This document shows positions 18,615 to 27,364 of a DNA stretch of 64,000 bases, in pieces. The first letter of the stretch is position 1; each line of letters starts with the position of its first letter. A model generated the notes under the pieces. That model had not been told where the DNA came from and made no database searches. It saw only the letters and a program-made list of their open reading frames with translations. A program made the position numbers and the translations under genes. The stretch spans positions 78,219 to 142,218 of the forward strand of contig CAWKAR010000024.1 of NCBI GenBank assembly GCA_963847625.1. The letters are read 5' to 3'. Origin of the DNA: a candidate division FCPU426 bacterium (lineage in GTDB: Bacteria > Oederibacteriota > Muellerivitia > Muellerivitales > Muellerivitaceae).

Positions 18615-20318
18615 CCCGGATTTCCCAGATGAAATTACCTTTCGAGTATAATAAGGCGTCGTTTGGCCATACAAACAAAGGTTTTTCTTCACTTTGGGGA
18701 CCACGAGAGGGGGGAATGCAATGGGTGAAAGGGGAAAAGACGCTCTTCGGGTGGTTTTTGATCCTGGTCTCAAGCTGGAGTTCCATGGCGCGAAGGTCAC
18801 TTCCGATGGCGGGTTGATTCCCTATCGTGAACTCGATGAAGCCTTTGGTTTGACTGACAGAACGGAAAACCTTCTGAGGGATCGGCGAACCGGCAAGAAT
18901 ACGCAACATACGATGACGGCGCTTTTGCGGCAATCAATCTACAGCCGCCTAGCCGGTTACGAGGACACCAACGACGCAGAACGATTGAGTGTTGATCCGG
19001 CGATGCGGCATGTGATCGGAGGACGGGCCAAGGAAAAACAAGCTGCCTCCACCAGCCAGATGGGACGTTTCGAGACGGAAGTTCTCACCCAGTCGAAGAA
19101 CCAGACCGGTCTGATTGACCTATCTGGCCAATGGATTGATGGTGTCCATGAAAAAAAGCCCATCCAGCAGATTATTCTCGACATGGACAGCTCCGTGAGT
19201 GAAACCTACGGGGACCAAGAAGGTTCCTTGTACAACGGTTACTTCGGCTGTACCTGTTACCATCCCCTGTTTTGTTTCAACCAGTTTGGCGATTTGGAAC
19301 GGGCAATGTTGCGCAACGGCAATGTGGCCAGCGCCCACGAGTGGCGGTCGGTTCTTGAACCAGTGGTTGTCCGTTATCGGGGTCTTTCCATCAGCCGTTT
19401 TTTCCGGGGTGACGCGGCCTTCGCCCGTCAGGAACTATACGAGTACCTAGAAGACGAAGGATACCTTTATGCGATCCGCCAACCCGCCAATGGCGTGCTA
19501 CAAAGAGAAATTGAGCCATTTTTGACCCGTCCCGTGGGCCGCCCTTCCCACAAGCCGGTTGTCCGGTATCACAGCTTCCAATACCAAGCCGTCAGCTGGG
19601 ACAAACCCCGCCGCGTGGTGGCGAAGATTGAGCATCACAACGGCGAACTTTTCCCGAGGGTGGGTTTCATCGTGACGAACATGCGACGACCGGCACCCCA
19701 GGTGGTGAAGTTCTACAACGGAAGAGGTACGGCTGAGCAATGGATCAAGGAGGGAAAGTACGCGATGAAGTGGACAAGACTAAGCTGCCACGACTTCGCG
19801 GACAACCAAGTAAGGTTGCAACTATTTGCACTGGCTTACAACTTGGGCAACTTCCTTCGCCGTCTAGCCCTGCCAGAACTGGTGAAGCATTGGTCGCTGA
19901 CGACGTTGCGAGAAAAACTTATCAAAATCGGAGCTAACGTTATCCGCCATTCGCGGTACGTGGTTTTCCAGATGGCGGAGGTGATGGTTACCCAACGCCT
20001 GTTTGCTGAAATCCTTGGACGGATAAGGCTACTGGCGATGGTAAGGCCGCGAGCGCCAGTACTGCGATAACCGCAGGAACACTTCATGGCTTCAACCGGA
20101 TCAACCATCGTGGGATAGGTGTGCGTTCACAACGAGAATTGGCTTTCTGGAAGGTCATTTTCAACTTTTTTGGGGCACAGAAACCCTTTTTTGGGCTCAT
20201 TTCGCTGGCCTTGGGCCAGAAAATTCCGGATACGGGTGGAAGAAGCGGGGGGGGGGAATATAATGAGAAACAAATTACCCGGCAATGTTTTCAGAGAAGG
20301 TCATCTGGGAAATTCCGG
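18615..20318 (+). mobile_element. IS1380 family insertion sequence
   Basis: 18-bp IRs CCCGGATTTCCCAGATGA / TCATCTGGGAAATTCCGG (16/18 match); 5-bp target duplication TTAAG at 18610 and 20319. Confidence 0.92.
18721..20070 (+). CDS. IS1380 family DDE transposase
   Basis: TSDGGL, GYEDTNDAERL, LDMDSS, FRGDAAF, YNGRGTAEQWIKEGK. Confidence 0.95.
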   Translation: MGERGKDALRVVFDPGLKLEFHGAKVTSDGGLIPYRELDEAFGLTDRTENLLRDRRTGKNTQHTMTALLRQSIYSRLAGYEDTNDAERLSVDPAMRHVIGGRAKEKQAASTSQMGRFETEVLTQSKNQTGLIDLSGQWIDGVHEKKPIQQIILDMDSSVSETYGDQEGSLYNGYFGCTCYHPLFCFNQFGDLERAMLRNGNVASAHEWRSVLEPVVVRYRGLSISRFFRGDAAFARQELYEYLEDEGYLYAIRQPANGVLQREIEPFLTRPVGRPSHKPVVRYHSFQYQAVSWDKPRRVVAKIEHHNGELFPRVGFIVTNMRRPAPQVVKFYNGRGTAEQWIKEGKYAMKWTRLSCHDFADNQVRLQLFALAYNLGNFLRRLALPELVKHWSLTTLREKLIKIGANVIRHSRYVVFQMAEVMVTQRLFAEILGRIRLLAMVRPRAPVLR

Positions 20319-20328
20319 TTAAGAACGG

Positions 20329-20592
20329 ACAAAGATAGCATGTATGGGCCAGCAACCTACGTAGTAGCTTTGATCAATAGTAGCTGATCAAAATAACGCG
20401 GGTTGCTCCTGGTAAGGAGCCTATCCGCATACGGAGGGCTGACCCATGGGAAATAATAGGAACAAAGATAGCATGTATGGGCCAGCAACCTACGTAGTAG
20501 CTTTGATCAATAGTAGCTGATCAAAATAACGCGGGTTGCTCCTGGTAAGGAGCCTATCCGCATACGGAGGGCTGACCCATGGGAAATAATAG
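20329..20592 (+). repeat. Tandem duplication (133-bp period) of IS110 left end plus target flank
   Basis: 20329..20459 is identical to 20462..20592 (ACAAAGATAGCATG...GGGAAATAATAG). Confidence 0.92.
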
Positions 20593-21685
20593 CACGGTGG
20601 TAGGGCTGGATGTTCATAAGGAAACGATCACGATTGCAGTTTTAAGGCCCGACAAGGATCGTCCTGATCCCTCGGTTACGGTTGAAAATCAGCCATCAAT
20701 CATTGAAAAGAAAGTACGGGAACTTAATCGCCGCCATGCCCCACTGGAATTCGTTTATGAGGCTGGGCCTGGGGGATTTGCTTTGTATAGGCAGATTACC
20801 CAATTGGGACACCCTTGTGCGGTGATTGCGCCCGCATGGATGCCGATGAAACCTGGGGACCGAGTCAAGACGGACCGAAAGGACGCAGAAAAGCTGTCTT
20901 GGTATTGGCGCATGAGGGATTTGAAAGAAGTCCGGGTACCCACGCCCGAAGAAGAATCCGTGAGGGATTTGCTGCGTGTCCGGGAAGATGTTCTCGCAAA
21001 CCAGTTGAGAGCCCGTCATCGGTTATTGAAATTCCTGCTTAGGCAAGGCCGGATTTATCGGGGTGGCAAACACTGGACCCAAGCCCATAGGGAATGGTTG
21101 AGACACCAGAAGTTTGAGCTGCCAAATCTCGTAAAGACCTATGAAGCGAATTACCGAATTTTGGCTGAGATTGACGTGCACTTGGCTGATTTGAATTGTG
21201 AAGTTGAATTGCTGGCACAAGACGAGAAATATCGAATTGCTGTCAGCTATTTGAAATGCCTGAAAGGCGTTAACACACTCACGGCCATGACTTTATTAGC
21301 AGAAAGCGGAGATTTCAGGCGGTTTAAAAACGCCCGCAGTTATATGCGATATACGGGAATGGTCAGTTGGGAAGACAGCACCGGAAGCCATGTTTACCGG
21401 GGCGGGATTGTCAAATCCGGAAATGCCCATTTGAGGCGAGTGCTAGTCCAAGGGGCATGGACCTATCAGCTACGAAGCCTTGGGAGTCCAACACTCGCTA
21501 AACGGAGAAAAGGTTGTCCCCCGGAAGTTATACATTTAGCACGAAAAGCTGATGAACGTTTGCATTTGAAGTTTCGGCGGATGGTAAGCCGAAACAAACG
21601 GTCTCAGGTGGCGGTAGTGGCCATCGCACGGGAATTGGCTGGCTTTATCTGGGCGATTGGACAGATGATCCCATCCGATCAGTAA
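20579..21685 (+). CDS. IS110 family recombinase/transposase (DEDD RuvC + Transposase_20)
   Basis: VGLDVHK, YEAGP, KTDRKDA, GMVSWEDSTG (Ser loop), IVKSGNAHLRR, VAIARELAGFIW. Confidence 0.97.
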   Translation: MGNNSTVVGLDVHKETITIAVLRPDKDRPDPSVTVENQPSIIEKKVRELNRRHAPLEFVYEAGPGGFALYRQITQLGHPCAVIAPAWMPMKPGDRVKTDRKDAEKLSWYWRMRDLKEVRVPTPEEESVRDLLRVREDVLANQLRARHRLLKFLLRQGRIYRGGKHWTQAHREWLRHQKFELPNLVKTYEANYRILAEIDVHLADLNCEVELLAQDEKYRIAVSYLKCLKGVNTLTAMTLLAESGDFRRFKNARSYMRYTGMVSWEDSTGSHVYRGGIVKSGNAHLRRVLVQGAWTYQLRSLGSPTLAKRRKGCPPEVIHLARKADERLHLKFRRMVSRNKRSQVAVVAIARELAGFIWAIGQMIPSDQ

Positions 21686-21711
21686 TAGATCCGATGAGAA
21701 GAAAAAGAAGG

Positions 21712-21920
21712 ACGAGCTCTGATTTCAGGAGCGTGGCGCGGCACGGAGAACCCTCGACGACCCCTTGTGCAATGAAGTCTTATTTCATGACGCACGGACA
21801 AAGATCGAGGCAGCTCCCGACGACAGGTCATCATGCGTCCCTGCCCTTTGGGGTAATACGCGAATATCAGTTTGATCAACCGTCGGAAATGGCTACGCTC
21901 TTGGAATCAGGGCTCTGTCG
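21712..21920 (+). ncRNA. Putative bridge/seek RNA of IS110 copy 1
   Basis: Long closing stem (GAGCTCTGATTTCAGGAGCGTGGC / GCTACGCTCTTGGAATCAGGGCTC, several G-U pairs) enclosing two stem-loops whose internal loops match target and donor sequences; ends approximate. Confidence 0.75.
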
Positions 21921-21980
21921 TGCTGGTCCGTGAAAAGACCAACACCCTAGAATCTGAAGGTTGACTGGCCCATACATATC

Positions 21981-22997
21981 AGGGGTCAGGCCTACAATTT
22001 ACACTTTATAACCACTGATTATTTAATAAAATACCGATATGCCAAGGCCAAAACGGATTCATTATGAAGGGGCCGTGTATCACGTCACTTCCCGCGGGAA
22101 TGAGCGCCGCAAGATAGTGATGGATGACTCGGACCGATGGTTATTCCTGAGAATTCTCGGGGAAATGATCGGGGAAAACGGGATCGTATGCCACGCCTGG
22201 GTTTTAATGGACAATCATTACCATCTTTTACTGGAAACCCCGCAAGCCAATTTATCCGTGGCCATGAAACATCTGAACGCCCAATATACCCAGCGATTCA
22301 ACAAGAAACACCACAGGACTGGTCATTTATTCCAAGGCCGGTATAAGGCCATCGTTATCGAGAAGAACAGTTATTTACAGGAATTATGCCGGTATGTGGT
22401 ATTGAATCCCGTCCGGGCCAAGATGGCCAAGCAACCGGGGGGATGGAAATGGAGCAGTTACCGGGCCACGGCAGGCCTGGAAAGGCCGGAACCATGGTTG
22501 GAGGTGGATTGGATCTTGGGACAATTTGGGAAAGAGAGGAAAAGAGCCCAAAAGGCCTATAGGGAATTTGTGGAAGAGGGAATGGGGAGAAAAGAAACGC
22601 CATGGGAAAGGTTGCATTCCAGGGTTTACCTGGGCGGGAAAGAATTTTTAGACCATGTCCATGAAATGGGACAAAAACACAAACACTTGGATATTCCGAA
22701 ATACCAAAAACATGTGGTGAAACAAAACCCGGAAGCCTTATTAAAAAAGGTGGGGGAAATATACGGTATGAAGCCCGGGGAAATACTGAAAGCGGGGAAA
22801 AGAAGGAGCGAAGCGAGGGAGGCGGCGGTATATTTGCTGAAGAAGGAAGCGGGATTAAGCCTGAGGGAAATAGGGGAAAGAATGGGAGTGGGTTTTTCAG
22901 CGGTGGGGAACCAATGGGCAAAGGTCAAAAAGAAGCTGGGGACGGATAAAAGGTTTGCTCAAAGACTTGTAAAGTGTAAATTGTAGGCCTGACCCCT
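21981..22997 (+). mobile_element. RAYT-like element bounded by perfect 28-bp inverted repeats
   Basis: AGGGGTCAGGCCTACAATTTACACTTTA (21981..22008) and its reverse complement (22970..22997); the gene's stop codon lies inside the right IR. Confidence 0.8.
22039..22986 (+). CDS. REP-associated tyrosine (Y1 HUH) transposase with C-terminal DnaA_C-like HTH
   Basis: YHVTSRGNER, MDNHYHLLL (HUH), GHLFQGRY, YVVLNPVRA, WSSY; C-terminal AAVYLLKKEAGLSLREIGERMG. Confidence 0.9.
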   Translation: MPRPKRIHYEGAVYHVTSRGNERRKIVMDDSDRWLFLRILGEMIGENGIVCHAWVLMDNHYHLLLETPQANLSVAMKHLNAQYTQRFNKKHHRTGHLFQGRYKAIVIEKNSYLQELCRYVVLNPVRAKMAKQPGGWKWSSYRATAGLERPEPWLEVDWILGQFGKERKRAQKAYREFVEEGMGRKETPWERLHSRVYLGGKEFLDHVHEMGQKHKHLDIPKYQKHVVKQNPEALLKKVGEIYGMKPGEILKAGKRRSEAREAAVYLLKKEAGLSLREIGERMGVGFSAVGNQWAKVKKKLGTDKRFAQRLVKCKL

Positions 22998-23057
22998 GAT
23001 ATGTATGGGCCAGTCAACCTTCAGATTCTAGGGTGTTGGTCTTTTCACGGACCAGCA

Positions 23058-23266
23058 CGACAGAGCCCTGATTCCAAGAGCGTAGCCATTTCCGACGGTT
23101 GATCAAACTGATATTCGCGTATTACCCCAAAGGGCAGGGACGCATGATGACCTGTCGTCGGGAGCTGCCTCGATCTTTGTCCGTGCGTCATGAAATAAGA
23201 CTTCATTGCACAAGGGGTCGTCGAGGGTTCTCCGTGCCGCGCCACGCTCCTGAAATCAGAGCTCGT
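23058..23266 (-). ncRNA. Putative bridge/seek RNA of IS110 copy 2
   Basis: Reverse complement of 21712..21920. Confidence 0.72.
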
Positions 23267-23292
23267 CCTTCTTTTTCTTCTCATCGGATCTA

Positions 23293-24399
23293 TTACTGAT
23301 CGGATGGGATCATCTGTCCAATCGCCCAGATAAAGCCAGCCAATTCCCGTGCGATGGCCACTACCGCCACCTGAGACCGTTTGTTTCGGCTTACCATCCG
23401 CCGAAACTTCAAATGCAAACGTTCATCAGCTTTTCGTGCTAAATGTATAACTTCCGGGGGACAACCTTTTCTCCGTTTAGCGAGTGTTGGACTCCCAAGG
23501 CTTCGTAGCTGATAGGTCCATGCCCCTTGGATTAGCACTCGCCTCAAATGGGCATTTCCGGATTTGACAATCCCGCCCCGGTAAACATGGCTTCCGGTGC
23601 TGTCTTCCCAACTGACCATTCCCGTATATCGCATATAACTGCGGGCGTTTTTAAACCGCCTGAAATCTCCGCTTTCTGCTAATAAAGTCATGGCCGTGAG
23701 TGTGTTAACGCCTTTCAGGCATTTCAAATAGCTGACAGCAATTCGATATTTCTCGTCTTGTGCCAGCAATTCAACTTCACAATTCAAATCAGCCAAGTGC
23801 ACGTCAATCTCAGCCAAAATTCGGTAATTCGCTTCATAGGTCTTTACGAGATTTGGCAGCTCAAACTTCTGGTGTCTCAACCATTCCCTATGGGCTTGGG
23901 TCCAGTGTTTGCCACCCCGATAAATCCGGCCTTGCCTAAGCAGGAATTTCAATAACCGATGACGGGCTCTCAACTGGTTTGCGAGAACATCTTCCCGGAC
24001 ACGCAGCAAATCCCTCACGGATTCTTCTTCGGGCGTGGGTACCCGGACTTCTTTCAAATCCCTCATGCGCCAATACCAAGACAGCTTTTCTGCGTCCTTT
24101 CGGTCCGTCTTGACTCGGTCCCCAGGTTTCATCGGCATCCATGCGGGCGCAATCACCGCACAAGGGTGTCCCAATTGGGTAATCTGCCTATACAAAGCAA
24201 ATCCCCCAGGCCCAGCCTCATAAACGAATTCCAGTGGGGCATGGCGGCGATTAAGTTCCCGTACTTTCTTTTCAATGATTGATGGCTGATTTTCAACCGT
24301 AACCGAGGGATCAGGACGATCCTTGTCGGGCCTTAAAACTGCAATCGTGATCGTTTCCTTATGAACATCCAGCCCTACCACCGTGCTATTATTTCCCAT
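23293..24399 (-). CDS. IS110 family recombinase/transposase, copy 2
   Basis: Identical to 20579..21685 except one V>I change (VLVQG vs VLIQG). Confidence 0.97.
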   Translation of the reverse strand: MGNNSTVVGLDVHKETITIAVLRPDKDRPDPSVTVENQPSIIEKKVRELNRRHAPLEFVYEAGPGGFALYRQITQLGHPCAVIAPAWMPMKPGDRVKTDRKDAEKLSWYWRMRDLKEVRVPTPEEESVRDLLRVREDVLANQLRARHRLLKFLLRQGRIYRGGKHWTQAHREWLRHQKFELPNLVKTYEANYRILAEIDVHLADLNCEVELLAQDEKYRIAVSYLKCLKGVNTLTAMTLLAESGDFRRFKNARSYMRYTGMVSWEDSTGSHVYRGGIVKSGNAHLRRVLIQGAWTYQLRSLGSPTLAKRRKGCPPEVIHLARKADERLHLKFRRMVSRNKRSQVAVVAIARELAGFIWAIGQMIPSDQ

Positions 24400-24574
24400 G
24401 GGTCAGCCCTCCGTATGCGGATAGGCTCCTTACCAGGAGCAACCCGCGTTATTTTGATCAGCTACTATTGATCAAAGCTACTACGTAGGTTGCTGGCCCA
24501 TACATGCTATCTTTGTCCCGTGTGAATTGATTACTTAAATATTGGCTTATTTAAACGGCATAAAGAGGTGTTAA

Positions 24575-25612
24575 GTGATAAAAAAATTTTTTATATATAT
24601 AGTTGTTGTTGGCTTTTCGTTACCTGTGCTTGCTGAGTCACCAGTGGCGCCGCCAGATAATGGTCTTCCTCCACTTCAACAATCGAATAACAATTTGACC
24701 TCTGCCCTAGGTAATGATTATTTCCAAAACGTCTATGATGACCTTCCCCCTGCTCAAATAATGGACGCGAGTTTACTTCCAAAACCAACCCCTATAGTTA
24801 CCTATCACAATTATTCTAATGGGAGCAGTATTCCAATTCGTCAACCAACACCCACTTTTTGCCAGGAAATTCAACAAGCCAGAAAAAACGATCCTCATTG
24901 GGTTAGTGATTTTTCAACCGTTATTTCTCATGGAAAGGGGGATTTAATGTTGCGCTCTGATATTTTTTCTTCGGATTTAATAATATTACATCGTCTTTTT
25001 AATGACCCATTAGCTGATGTTTTTATGAAGTTAACTGCTGCCGCAGGAATCGCTGATTTATGGGACCAACTAAATAAAAAACATCCTTCAGATAAAGCCA
25101 GAGCCAATTTTGAGGCTTGGACAAAATATTTCACGCAGTCATGGAATTCGGTAGATATGGGGCAAGCTTGGGACGTAAATGATAAATGTATTGCAACCCG
25201 AAACCTCCTTTATGGGTTGGAAAAGAATCTCAATAGTGATTATGCAAATACCCCGGAAGGTAAAACGGAAGCGAAAAGTAGTCCCCATTGTTACGATCCC
25301 ATTGATTTGATTGCGAAGGGGATGGCCTTGAAAGGGAAATTAGTCTGCGGAAGATTTAGAGTAATCCAAAAAATTGATGAAAAAAGTTACCTTGTAGGAC
25401 TGCCATATACAGGAGAACCGAGTATTGACAATAGCTCATTTGTGGTTTTTGGTAACTCGAAAACGGATAGCGATTTTGATTATTACGATAATGAAATGGT
25501 GAATCTCATAGTTATCGTCGCAGGAACTTATAGCTATCTGACTGTGACCGGAGCCAATGCCACAGTTATTAAACTCAAAGATTGGAAAAAAAATACAGCA
25601 AACAATAACTAA
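24575..25612 (+). CDS. Hypothetical secreted protein (AT-rich)
   Basis: 345-aa ORF, signal peptide, Pro/Thr patches, C-terminal GTYSYLTVTGANATV. Confidence 0.6.
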   Translation: MIKKFFIYIVVVGFSLPVLAESPVAPPDNGLPPLQQSNNNLTSALGNDYFQNVYDDLPPAQIMDASLLPKPTPIVTYHNYSNGSSIPIRQPTPTFCQEIQQARKNDPHWVSDFSTVISHGKGDLMLRSDIFSSDLIILHRLFNDPLADVFMKLTAAAGIADLWDQLNKKHPSDKARANFEAWTKYFTQSWNSVDMGQAWDVNDKCIATRNLLYGLEKNLNSDYANTPEGKTEAKSSPHCYDPIDLIAKGMALKGKLVCGRFRVIQKIDEKSYLVGLPYTGEPSIDNSSFVVFGNSKTDSDFDYYDNEMVNLIVIVAGTYSYLTVTGANATVIKLKDWKKNTANNN

Positions 25613-25635
25613 TTTGTTGGCCCTCACACAAAAAA

Positions 25636-25789
25636 GTCCAGGCCAACATTTGACACTTTACAAAAAAGCTCGCCCCTTAGAAACTTATTTATGCCTTGAC
25701 TCAAGAGAATCCGTTATGAAGGTGCCGTTTACCATGTGACGAATAGGGGTAACGAGCAAAAAATCTTTTGGGATGATACAGATCGGTGA
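25636..25789 (+). pseudogene. Degenerate RAYT element remnant (decayed IR plus 5' gene fragment)
   Basis: GTCCAGGCCAACATTTGACACTTTACAA resembles the RAYT IR; from 25691 reads MP*LKRIRYEGAVYHVTNRGNEQKIFWDDTDR*, versus intact MPRPKRIHYEGAVYHVTSRGNE. Confidence 0.8.
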
Positions 25790-26114
25790 AAAAAGGGGCC
25801 TGGCCAACGCAAAAGGTGCTTGGCACCAAGCTCCTCAGCTTGTTGCAGGGCCCCGCTCCGCATGCAGACCTTCCTTAAACCATTCAAAGAGGTCTGTATA
25901 GTACCGATTTCCATCAATAATCCCGGCCATAGGCCGGGATTAACACATGGATGAATCGGCACAGCGAGTGGCAGTTGAACACTCAACACTTTAAATATTA
26001 ATTAGCTCCTACAATAGAGCTTTAAACATTCGCAAGATAAGTTTTTCCACTTGGAAAGCCTTATCGCGTACTAGAGTTTCAAAAGAGACGTATAAAAGAC
26101 GGGAGGGGAATGAA

Positions 26115-26765
26115 ATGAAAAAGGCCATAATCCTGATTCTGGCGGGTTGGGGATTCGCGGGCGGCCTCCTGGCCGGAACGGTCGGGATGGGGGTGAAAGG
26201 AGGGGTGGATTTCGCGAGCCAGACAAGCCCGAATCCAATCGTGGAAAACTTAATCGGTATTACCGGCGGGCTTTACGTGGATATCCCATTGAACGATGTT
26301 TTATCCCTCCAACCCGAAGCCGATTTCGTCATGAAGGGGAATCAAATCACGGCACATGGGGTGCCGATTACCGATAGCTATGGAAACATTATTGGCATAA
26401 CTAACGTGAACCAGACTGAGCGTTTCAACTATCTGGAATTTCCCCTCTTATTGAAGGCGAAAGTCGGCGAAATTTCGGATTGGAAAGTTTACGTGTATGG
26501 CGGGCCTGAGATAGCGACACTTTTGAATGAAACCACAAGTATCACCAATACGGCATGGCCAAACCCAGCTCCCTCGGACAATACGCGATATTATCCCGGA
26601 ACGGATTGGGGGTTGGTCCTGGGGATCATGGCGGAGGTTCATCGATTTGTGATGGAAACACGCTACGACCTGGGTTTGAGTTCAGCTTCCATGAATGCCG
26701 TCGCAGACAGGTCCTCCGGAGAAAACAGGGTCCTTTCCGTACAGGTGGGTTACCAGTTATATTAA
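26115..26765 (+). CDS. Outer-membrane beta-barrel (porin family, OMP_b-brl_2-like)
   Basis: Signal peptide, GVKGG, LQPEADFVMKG, NYLEFPLLLK, RYDLGL, terminal VGYQLY. Confidence 0.8.
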   Translation: MKKAIILILAGWGFAGGLLAGTVGMGVKGGVDFASQTSPNPIVENLIGITGGLYVDIPLNDVLSLQPEADFVMKGNQITAHGVPITDSYGNIIGITNVNQTERFNYLEFPLLLKAKVGEISDWKVYVYGGPEIATLLNETTSITNTAWPNPAPSDNTRYYPGTDWGLVLGIMAEVHRFVMETRYDLGLSSASMNAVADRSSGENRVLSVQVGYQLY

Positions 26766-26817
26766 AGAGTAAGGGGACGTGAGAAAAAAGGAATCAGACT
26801 CGACCTGGACGAAGTCC

Positions 26818-27279
26818 TTAACGCGGGGATTGGATTTGCCGGAGGGCCTCATAAAGAACGATGCCCACCGAGGTGGAGAGGTTCAAGCTCCTGATGGAAT
26901 CGTCTTTCTGGGGGATCCGGTACAGCTTTTTTTTGTAGGTCTCGTAAAAACCTTTCGGGAAACCCGCCGTTTCCTTGCCGAAAACCAGGTATCCCCCCTT
27001 TGAAAAGTCCGCCTCCCAGAATAGTTTCGATCCCTTGGTGGAAAAGAAAAACAAAGGAACCTGGGGCGGCAGGGACTTGAGGAAATCCTCCCAAGTGGTG
27101 TGGCGGTGGAGCGGGACCTTGTCCCAATAATCCAAACCCGCCCGAACGACTTCCTTGTTGTCCAGGTGGAATCCCAGCCGGCCTACCAGGTGCAATTCTG
27201 CTCCCGCGCCCAGGCAGGTTCTGCCGATATTTCCCGTATTCCATGGGATTTCCGGTTCAATTAACACGATGTGAAGCAT
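26818..27279 (-). CDS. trmL: tRNA (cytidine/uridine-34 2'-O)-methyltransferase
   Basis: IVLIEPEIPWNTGNIGRTC, RAGLDYW, FGKETAG, RSLNLS. Confidence 0.92.
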   Translation of the reverse strand: MLHIVLIEPEIPWNTGNIGRTCLGAGAELHLVGRLGFHLDNKEVVRAGLDYWDKVPLHRHTTWEDFLKSLPPQVPLFFFSTKGSKLFWEADFSKGGYLVFGKETAGFPKGFYETYKKKLYRIPQKDDSIRSLNLSTSVGIVLYEALRQIQSPR

Positions 27280-27364
27280 ATTCTCCCTTTAGGTAATGCG
27301 ACCTTTTCAGTCCATCATCCGTCTAAATTATACAGGTTGGAAAAACATGGGCGGGAGGAAGAAG

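Larger units (their letters stand above)
20472..21980 (+). mobile_element. IS110 family element (IS1111-like, sub-terminal IRs, long 3' non-coding end), copy 1, 1509 bp between AG cores
   Basis: Sub-terminal IR ATGTATGGGCCAG(T)CAACCT at both ends; AG at 20470-71 and 21981-82; boundaries set by comparison with the inverted copy 2. Confidence 0.88.
22998..24506 (-). mobile_element. IS110 family element, copy 2 (inverted), 1509 bp
   Basis: Near-identical reverse complement of 20472..21980; cores CT at 22996-97 and 24507-08. Confidence 0.9.

Noticed and set aside
21694..21933. 79-aa ORF in the IS110 3' end (and its mirror at 23045..23284)
   Set aside because: It coincides with the strongly structured guide-RNA region and has no protein features.
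21961..21980. IS110 circle-junction promoter
   Set aside because: TTGACT is present, but no convincing -10 hexamer forms at 16-18 nt in the reconstructed junction.
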